Assembly: GCA_964386365.1 (NCBI GenBank)
Contig: CAYLQR010000014.1
Location: 1-48,255 of the forward strand
From: an uncultured Candidatus Saccharibacteria bacterium
GTDB lineage: Bacteria; Patescibacteriota; Minisyncoccia; Minisyncoccales; UBA1441
Direction of reading: 5' to 3'
Length of the DNA: 48,255 nucleotides
The notes below the pieces were generated by a model. The model was not told where the DNA came from and searched no databases. It saw only the letters and a list, made by a program, of their open reading frames with translations. A program made the position numbers and the translations under genes. This document shows, one piece after another, positions 26,670 through 33,268 of this stretch; position 1 is the first letter of the stretch; every line of letters starts with the position of its first letter.

Positions 26670-27188
26670 GTTTAATTCTTTTTCTAATTGAGGAATAGTT
26701 TGGCGAACGGTCTTTCTAGCTATAATTCTTTGGCGAAGGTTCATTTTTTGGAGAACATAATCTTTGCCGGTTGAGGGGCCAATTCCTAGCCGAAGTCGAT
26801 AAAAATCTTGGCTTTGGAGAGCTTCAATAATGGAAGCTACTCCTTTATGGCCAGCCGATCTTTGGTTCCGGATAATTTTAACTTTTCCCCAGGGAAGGTC
26901 AAGATCATCGTGAATTACCCAAATGTCTTTTAAAGGAAAAGACATTTCCTCTTGAATTTTTCGGATGGCTTGACCAGAATTATTCATCCAGGTTTGGGGT
27001 TTAACGAGAAGGAAAGAAAAATTATCTTTATTTCCTTCAGTGGTTTGAGCTTGGAAAGAAGAATCAAACTGAAAAGGGGGAAGTTGCCAGGTTTTTTGTA
27101 GTTGGTCGAGGAAATAGAAGCCAAAATTATGAGGAGTAGAGCGGAAAGTCGCTCCTGGATTTCCTAAGCCAATGATAAGTTTTTTCAT
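26655..27188 (-). CDS. pth: Peptidyl-tRNA hydrolase
   Basis: MKKLIIGLGNPG.., HN.GF, and the DDLDLPWGKVKI motif. Confidence 0.9.
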   Translation of the reverse strand: MKKLIIGLGNPGATFRSTPHNFGFYFLDQLQKTWQLPPFQFDSSFQAQTTEGNKDNFSFLLVKPQTWMNNSGQAIRKIQEEMSFPLKDIWVIHDDLDLPWGKVKIIRNQRSAGHKGVASIIEALQSQDFYRLRLGIGPSTGKDYVLQKMNLRQRIIARKTVRQTIPQLEKELNKKEE

Positions 27189-27213
27189 TGTTTCGGCTTC
27201 ATTTTAGCATTTC

Positions 27214-27242
27214 TTGCCGGAGAAGGAAAATTTAGCTATAAT
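27214..27242 (+). promoter_or_regulatory. Putative lepB promoter TTGCCG-N17-TATAAT
   Basis: The -10 at 27237-27242 ends 6 nt before the ATG at 27249 and there is no SD, so a leaderless transcript is predicted. Confidence 0.5.
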
Positions 27243-27248
27243 AAGACA

Positions 27249-27803
27249 ATGACCGAAGTTAAGAATTTTCTTTCTTTTTTCTGGGATGTCTTTAAAATAG
27301 TCGTTTTGGCGGCGATTATTGTTTTGCCTATCCGCTATTTCCTTTTTCAACCTTTTCTGGTGAATGGTTCTTCAATGGAGCCTAATTTATCAGATGGCGA
27401 CTATTTAATAGTTGATGAAATTTCCTATAATTTCCGCCAGCCCCAGCGAGGAGAAATCATTATTTTTGATTATTCTTCGGAAACTCGCTTTATTAAAAGA
27501 ATTATTGGTTTACCGGGGGAAAAATTGAACTTCCGAGAAAATCAAATTGAAATAGTTGCTACTTCTGGAGAAGAGATAATTTTGGACGAAGCTTCCTATC
27601 TCTCCAGTCCAACTAATAATGCGGATTTCTCCATTACTCTAGGAGACAAACAATATTTTGTCATGGGAGATAATCGTTCTTTTTCTTTTGATTCTCGAAA
27701 TTGGGGTCCAATTTCTGAAGAAAGAATTGTTGGCCGGGCTTGGCTTCGGCTTTGGCCTCTAACAGAAAGGGAAATTTTCTCTATTCCAGCCTATTCATTA
27801 TGA
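27249..27803 (+). CDS. lepB: Signal peptidase I
   Basis: TM helix, GSSMEPNL (catalytic Ser), RIIGLPGE, GDNRSFSFDSR boxes. Confidence 0.9.
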   Translation: MTEVKNFLSFFWDVFKIVVLAAIIVLPIRYFLFQPFLVNGSSMEPNLSDGDYLIVDEISYNFRQPQRGEIIIFDYSSETRFIKRIIGLPGEKLNFRENQIEIVATSGEEIILDEASYLSSPTNNADFSITLGDKQYFVMGDNRSFSFDSRNWGPISEERIVGRAWLRLWPLTEREIFSIPAYSL

Positions 27804-29080
27804 GAGGCAAGAATCTTCTTTTTAAAACACCGAAAGGAATGAAGGATATTCTTCCTTCAGAATTAGCTTATTATCAAAGGGTAGAAAGAGCTTGTCAGCG
27901 AGTAGCTAAGGATTATCATTTTCAAAAGGTTTCCTTTCCAGTTTTAGAGGAAGCTAAGCTTTTCCAAAAAGGAACAGGGCTTTATACGGATATTGTCGAG
28001 AAGCAAATGTTCCTTTTATCAACCAAAGGAGGCCAATCTTTGGCTCTCCGGCCAGAGGGGACGCCTTCAGTTGTCCGTCTTTACTTCCAATCTGGACTGA
28101 AAAGCTGGTTTCAACCAGTTCAACTTTGGTATTTTGAGCCCTTTTTCCGCCATGAATCTCCTCAAGCCGGTCGACTTAGAGAATTTTATCAAGTCGGCTT
28201 TGAAATTATTAACGGGGAGAGTTCAGCTTTAGACGCTTACGTTATTCAGCTCTTTTATAATCTTCTCAAGTCTCTTCACTTGAAGAATATAATGCTGGAA
28301 ATTAACAGTCTTGGACTTCCAGAACAGAGAAAAGAATATCAAAAGGATTTAGTTCGTTATTTAAAAAGTCATTCTCGTCAACTTTGTTCTGTTTGTCGAA
28401 GCCGCTTGACTAAGAATCCTTTGCGCATTTTAGATTGCAAGGAAAAAAGTTGCCAAGAAGTTGTTCGTCAAGCTCCCCAATTGATTGATTATCTTTCCAA
28501 GGAATGTCATAATCATTTTCGAGAGGTTTTGGAATTCCTAGACGACTTGGAAATTCCTTATCGTTTGAATCCTTATCTAGTTAGGGGCTTGGATTATTAC
28601 ACGCGGACAGTCTTTGAGTTTGTTATAGAAAAAGAAGGAAGTTCTTCTAGCCAGGCTCTAATCGGCGGTGGACGTTACGATCGTTTAGCCGAATTGATTG
28701 GGGGCGAAAGAATCCCCGCTCTCGGAGGGGCTGGAGGAATAGAAAGAATTATTGAAGCAATGAAAGAGCAGGGAGTAAGAATTCCTTCTGATAAGAAACC
28801 AGATATCTTTTTAGCTCAGCTTGGCTGGCAGGCAAAAAGAGAAGCTCTCCGTTTCTTTGAGGAGCTAAGGAAGAAAGGCTTCAAGGTAGCGGCTAGCTTA
28901 GAAAGAGATTCCCTTCGAGCTCAACTGAAAAGAGCTAATCAACTAGGAGTAAAATATACTCTTATAATTGGAGCGGAAGAAGTTCGCCGTCAGCGTTTGA
29001 CCTTGAGAGATATGGAGAAAGGAACCCAAAAAACAATGGAGAAAAAAGAAGCTTTAAGTTTTTTGAAAAAGAAGCTATGA
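27800..29080 (+). CDS. hisS: Histidyl-tRNA synthetase
   Basis: PKGMKDILP, LRPEGT, FRHE.PQAGRLREF, GGGRYD motifs. The ATG at 27800 overlaps the lepB stop (ATGA). The ORF-track extension to 27740 is rejected. Confidence 0.9.
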   Translation: MRGKNLLFKTPKGMKDILPSELAYYQRVERACQRVAKDYHFQKVSFPVLEEAKLFQKGTGLYTDIVEKQMFLLSTKGGQSLALRPEGTPSVVRLYFQSGLKSWFQPVQLWYFEPFFRHESPQAGRLREFYQVGFEIINGESSALDAYVIQLFYNLLKSLHLKNIMLEINSLGLPEQRKEYQKDLVRYLKSHSRQLCSVCRSRLTKNPLRILDCKEKSCQEVVRQAPQLIDYLSKECHNHFREVLEFLDDLEIPYRLNPYLVRGLDYYTRTVFEFVIEKEGSSSSQALIGGGRYDRLAELIGGERIPALGGAGGIERIIEAMKEQGVRIPSDKKPDIFLAQLGWQAKREALRFFEELRKKGFKVAASLERDSLRAQLKRANQLGVKYTLIIGAEEVRRQRLTLRDMEKGTQKTMEKKEALSFLKKKL

Positions 29081-29409
29081 AAGATTGTCTCTTCTGTCAA
29101 ATTATTGCCGGAGTGATCCCAAAAGAGTTTGTCTATCAGGACGAAGAAGCAGTTGCCTTTCGGGATTTAAACCCTCAAGGAAAAACCCATCTTTTGATTG
29201 TTCCCCGGAAGCATATTTCCTCTATCAAGGAAATGGAGGAAGAAGACCAATCTTTAATCGGTCATCTTTTCTGGGTAGCCAAAAAATTGGCCGAGAAAGA
29301 AAATTTAGTTGGTTATAATTTAGTTTTTAATGTCGGAGAAGAAGGAGGTCAGCAGATTTTTCATCTTCATCTTCACCTTCTTTCTCCAGAAGTTAAACAT
29401 TTACCTTAA
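29077..29409 (+). CDS. HIT-family (histidine triad) nucleotide-binding protein
   Basis: CLFCQII.., then the HLHLHLL histidine triad near the C-terminus. Confidence 0.85.
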   Translation: MKDCLFCQIIAGVIPKEFVYQDEEAVAFRDLNPQGKTHLLIVPRKHISSIKEMEEEDQSLIGHLFWVAKKLAEKENLVGYNLVFNVGEEGGQQIFHLHLHLLSPEVKHLP

Positions 29410-29416
29410 ATTTATT

Positions 29417-29632
29417 ATGCCTTTGAGTGTTGAAAAAAAGAATGGAGAAAACAGTTTAAGTCTTGTTAACCGTTTTTCTCGAAAAATTAAAAAGAGTGGC
29501 CTCATTTATGAAGCTTTGGGAAGACGTTATCATAAGCGTTCCCAAAGTCAGGTTCTAAAAAAGAGGACTGCTCTTAAAAAACAGGAGGCGAGAGAAAAGT
29601 ATCGACGCCTTCGAAAATTAGGCAAAATTTAA
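29417..29632 (+). CDS. rpsU: 30S ribosomal protein S21
   Basis: A 71 aa basic protein, MPLSVEKK...LVNRFSRKIKKSGLIYE..RRYHKRSQ.., matching the S21 pattern (MP..V...E....RF.R...K.G). The ORF-track start at 29330 overlaps the HIT gene and is rejected. Confidence 0.7.
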   Translation: MPLSVEKKNGENSLSLVNRFSRKIKKSGLIYEALGRRYHKRSQSQVLKKRTALKKQEAREKYRRLRKLGKI

Positions 29633-29637
29633 TTATT

Positions 29638-30804
29638 ATGGCCTCTCCTTCATTTATTACTGGTCTAGACGTTGGGACGAAGAAGATTAAGGTTCTAGTA
29701 GCCCGGCCAGTTTCTAAATCCAATCAATTGGAATTAGTAACTTTAGTTGAAACTTCGGTTAGAGGAATGACTCGGCGAGGAATAAGTGATAGAGAGCAAT
29801 TTCTCCTGAGTCTTCAAACGGCTATTCAACAAGCTGAACAGGAATCTTCCTTAAAAATTAAGGAAGTCTATCTTAATTTAGGAAGTGGCCGATTCCAGGC
29901 TATTCCGACTCATAGTTTAATTTCTGTTTCCCGAGCTGATCGGGAAATTTCGCCGGAAGACGTTGACCGAGTTCTCCAAGCGGCTAAGATTGTTAATCTT
30001 TCCCCAAATTATGAGATCTGGGGAGTAGTTCCAAAAGAGTTTATCGTTGATGAACAACGAGGGATTCAAAAGCCTTTAGGAATGAAAGGAACCCGACTGG
30101 AAGTGGAGGCCTTATTGCTGACAATTTTTAGCCCTTATCGAGAAAAGCTGGAGGAAGCGGTGACTAAAGCTGGTTTAAATATTCAGGATATGTTTCTCTC
30201 TTCTCTGGCAAGCGCTGAAGCAGTTCTTACTCCTCAAGAGAAAGAAAAGGGAGTGGCGGTAGTCGATATTGGAGCTGGCTTAACAAAAGTTACTGTTTTT
30301 AAAGAAGGAGCTCTTCTTTGGGCGGCTACTTTTTCACTTGGTTCTGATAATATTACTGATGATCTGGCGGTTGGTTTGCGAATTGATGGAGAAGAAGCCG
30401 AAAGAATGAAAAAAGAATTAAAGACTTCTTTAGAAAAGAAATCAGGTAAAAGAAGTCGGCGAACAAGTCAAGAAAAGAAAGTTTTTAAATTTTCTAAGCC
30501 GAGAATAGAAGAAATATTAGAAGAGATTAACAAGCACCTTTTAAAAGCTTGCCGGCGACAGGATTTACCGGCAGGGGTAGTTTTAACTGGCGGTGGGGCT
30601 AAGCTCAAGGATTTAGAAGATTTAGCCAAGAAAGAATTTAAATTACCAGTTAGGGTGGGAGTTTGCTCAATTATTAGCGGCTTAGAAAAAGACCCTTCTC
30701 TCTCAACTGTTGCCGGTTTGGTTTTAATGGCCAATCAAGAAAAAGAAAGCCGAAGGCATTGGCCTTCTTTTTGGAAACGTTTTTTCCGCATTTTTCTTCC
30801 TTAA
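29638..30804 (+). CDS. ftsA: Cell division protein FtsA
   Basis: Actin-fold motifs (GLDVGTKKIKVLVA, VVDIGAGLTKV, VLTGGGAKL) and a C-terminal amphipathic helix WPSFWKRFFRIFLP. Confidence 0.85.
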   Translation: MASPSFITGLDVGTKKIKVLVARPVSKSNQLELVTLVETSVRGMTRRGISDREQFLLSLQTAIQQAEQESSLKIKEVYLNLGSGRFQAIPTHSLISVSRADREISPEDVDRVLQAAKIVNLSPNYEIWGVVPKEFIVDEQRGIQKPLGMKGTRLEVEALLLTIFSPYREKLEEAVTKAGLNIQDMFLSSLASAEAVLTPQEKEKGVAVVDIGAGLTKVTVFKEGALLWAATFSLGSDNITDDLAVGLRIDGEEAERMKKELKTSLEKKSGKRSRRTSQEKKVFKFSKPRIEEILEEINKHLLKACRRQDLPAGVVLTGGGAKLKDLEDLAKKEFKLPVRVGVCSIISGLEKDPSLSTVAGLVLMANQEKESRRHWPSFWKRFFRIFLP

Positions 30805-30807
30805 AGC

Positions 30808-31749
30808 ATGGAAAAAAAACCAAAGATAAAAGTGGTAGGTATTGGTGGAGCCGGGGGGAACATTGTCTCTTTTTTAAAGGATAGCAGCCTTCGAGGAGTG
30901 GAATTAATTTCTATCAATAGCGACCTTCAAGACTTACGTCGGAAGAAGGCTGATCAGAAAATAGCCATTGGTTATAATTTGACTCAAGGTTTGGGGACAG
31001 GAATGAGTCCCAGTCTTGGTCGCCGGTGTGCAGAAAGCTCTCAGGAAGAAATCAAAAAAGCTCTTCAGGATAGCAGTATTGTTTTTCTTCTTTTAGGGGA
31101 AGGAGGAGGAACAGGAACGGGGGCCGCTCCAGTAATTGCTAAAATTCTTGAACCAGAAACTTTAAAAATTGGGATAGTGACCACCCCTTTCCCTTTTGAA
31201 GGTGGGCTTCGGCAGCGAGTAGCTAAAAAGGGTTTAAGCCAATTAGCAAAAACAGTTGATGCTCTTTTGGTTATTTCTAATGGCCAATTATTGAAAGTGG
31301 CTGGAGGACAAGCTTCAGTCGATGAGGCTTTTTCTTTAGGAAACGAGGTAGCTTTAAAAGCTATCCAAGGGATAACTGGTTTGGTTACTTCTTCTGGCTT
31401 TATTAGCTTGGATTTTGCTGCCCTAAGAACTTTCTTAAAGAAAGCCGGCTTAGTTTTCTTTGGAGTTGGTTCGGCTCGTGGGCCCAGCCGACTGAATCAA
31501 GCTATTTATCAAGCTCTTCATTCTCCTCTCTTGGATCATCCAGTGGAGAAAGCCCGCGGAGCTTTACTCAATATTAGTAGTCAGGGAGATTTGAAGATTA
31601 ATGAATTTCAGAAAGCAACCAAACTTATTAAAGAAGAATTAAAGCCGGGGGCAGAATTAGTCTTTGGAACTTCAGTCGATTCATCTCTTAAGGGAGGTTG
31701 GATTAGGGTAACGGTTATCCTTGCTAGCCAAAAAGCCGAGAATTTTTAA
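30808..31749 (+). CDS. ftsZ: Cell division GTPase FtsZ (short, divergent)
   Basis: KVVGIGGAGGNIV (T1), GEGGGTGTGAAPVIAKI (tubulin signature). Only 313 aa with no C-terminal tail. The T7 loop is degenerate (see findings). Confidence 0.85.
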   Translation: MEKKPKIKVVGIGGAGGNIVSFLKDSSLRGVELISINSDLQDLRRKKADQKIAIGYNLTQGLGTGMSPSLGRRCAESSQEEIKKALQDSSIVFLLLGEGGGTGTGAAPVIAKILEPETLKIGIVTTPFPFEGGLRQRVAKKGLSQLAKTVDALLVISNGQLLKVAGGQASVDEAFSLGNEVALKAIQGITGLVTSSGFISLDFAALRTFLKKAGLVFFGVGSARGPSRLNQAIYQALHSPLLDHPVEKARGALLNISSQGDLKINEFQKATKLIKEELKPGAELVFGTSVDSSLKGGWIRVTVILASQKAENF

Positions 31750-31752
31750 ACA

Positions 31753-33240
31753 ATGGCTTTTGTTTTTTCCCGACAGTTGATGATTTTTCTCCTCTCTTTT
31801 CTGGGAGGAGTTTTTCTTCGTTCTTTTTGGAACTTCCCTTTTTTCTTTTGGTTAGAGTTAGGAACTTTAGCTTTCTTTTTCTTCTTCCTTTTCCCTTCGG
31901 GAAATCATGGAAGAATTTTCTTTTTTCTCTTTCTTGGTTTAGCCCTCGGGCTTTTCCGTTTTCAATTGGCGGAAGATAAATTAGAAGCAGCTCCTCTCCG
32001 AGAACATTATTTTGAAATGGAAGGAGTCGAGGGTTGGGTTTGTCAGGAAAGGGAAGTCTTTGATCAGGAACAGAGGCTAGTCCTTTGTCTTTCTAAGTTA
32101 GGAGAAGAGGGAGGGGGAAGGGAAGTTCTTGATCGTCTTCAATTAAAAACTAGTCTTTATCCTTCTTATAATTACGGGGATCGTCTGCAAGCGGTTGGTT
32201 TAATTCAACCGCCGCCGGAGAATCAAGCCTCATCTTTTGCTCTTCAAGGAATAACGGCGGTTATGGAAAATCCTTGGCTGGAAAAGCTTCCGGGAGAAGA
32301 AGGTTTTTGGCTGAAGAAATTTTTCCTTCGCTTAAAGAGTAAAAGCCAATTAACTATTAATCAGAGTTTGAATTATCCTCCGTCGGCTTTATTGAAGGCT
32401 TTGCTTCTGGGCGATCGTTCGGAGATTTCTTTCCTTTTTAAGAATCAATTAGCAGCTGTTGGTCTGATTCATCTTTTGGCTATTTCTGGTCTCCATTTAG
32501 TAATTCTTTCTCAGCTGGTTTTTCTTTTTCTTCGCTCTTGGCGATTGAAAGATCCTTGGCCAGCTCTATTAACTTTGATTTTTCTTTGGTTGTTCGTTTT
32601 TCTGATTGGGAATCGGGCTTCTCTTAATCGGGCGGCTATTATGAGTAGTTTCCTTTTAATTGGAGAGATAGTCCGTCGGCCAGTCGTTGGTCTTCGCTCT
32701 CTTGTCTGGGCGGCTGCTTTTCTTCTTTTTCTAAATCCTTTTTCTTTGCGTTCAGACGTTGGTTTCCAACTTTCTTTTTTAGCTGCCTTGGGTTTGGTTT
32801 GGCTAAAGCCCCTTTTAGTTAGTCGGAAGAGATTGTCTTTTATCGGCGAAGTCTTTTGGACTACCCTAGCGGCTCAATTATTAGTTTTTCCTCGTTTGCT
32901 TAGTCTCTTTGGCCAAGTTTCTTTGGTTAGTCCATTGAGCAATCTTCTGGTGGTTCCTTTTCTTCCTTTAATTTTTGGCTTAGGTTTTATTTTCCTCTTA
33001 TTGGCTTTAATTTCTCCAGTTTTCTTTCCTTTGGGTTCGGTTTTATTGGGGCCACTCTTTTGGTATTTGATAAAAATAGTTGAAGAATTAAGTAGCTGGC
33101 CAGGGATTGTTTGGTCAGGGGAGTTGTTCTTAGGGATAGAAATTCTCTTTTATTTAGGAGTCTTGTTTCTCTTCTTTTTTCTTGATCCTTTGCGTCTTTT
33201 CCATTCGCCCTTCCCTTTTCAAATCTCGAGGAGATGCTAA
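31753..33240 (+). CDS. comEC: ComEC/Rec2-family DNA uptake channel protein, without the C-terminal metallo-beta-lactamase domain
   Basis: Polytopic. An N-terminal OB-like segment between TM helices, then the competence-domain signature LLAISGLHLVIL. The protein ends right after the last TM helices. Confidence 0.8.
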   Translation: MAFVFSRQLMIFLLSFLGGVFLRSFWNFPFFFWLELGTLAFFFFFLFPSGNHGRIFFFLFLGLALGLFRFQLAEDKLEAAPLREHYFEMEGVEGWVCQEREVFDQEQRLVLCLSKLGEEGGGREVLDRLQLKTSLYPSYNYGDRLQAVGLIQPPPENQASSFALQGITAVMENPWLEKLPGEEGFWLKKFFLRLKSKSQLTINQSLNYPPSALLKALLLGDRSEISFLFKNQLAAVGLIHLLAISGLHLVILSQLVFLFLRSWRLKDPWPALLTLIFLWLFVFLIGNRASLNRAAIMSSFLLIGEIVRRPVVGLRSLVWAAAFLLFLNPFSLRSDVGFQLSFLAALGLVWLKPLLVSRKRLSFIGEVFWTTLAAQLLVFPRLLSLFGQVSLVSPLSNLLVVPFLPLIFGLGFIFLLLALISPVFFPLGSVLLGPLFWYLIKIVEELSSWPGIVWSGELFLGIEILFYLGVLFLFFFLDPLRLFHSPFPFQISRRC

Positions 33241-33268
33241 AATTAAAAAGAGCTAAACTCCTTTAAAA

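Noticed and set aside
27740-27799. 5' extensions in the ORF track for hisS (27740), rpsU (29330), the M16 peptidase (6324), the HTH regulator (45086) and antitoxin 1 (14459).
   Set aside because: Each extension overlaps the preceding gene or a promoter and adds residues that do not resemble the family. Downstream ATG starts fit the known N-termini of these families and the operon junctions (ATGA/TAATG overlaps).
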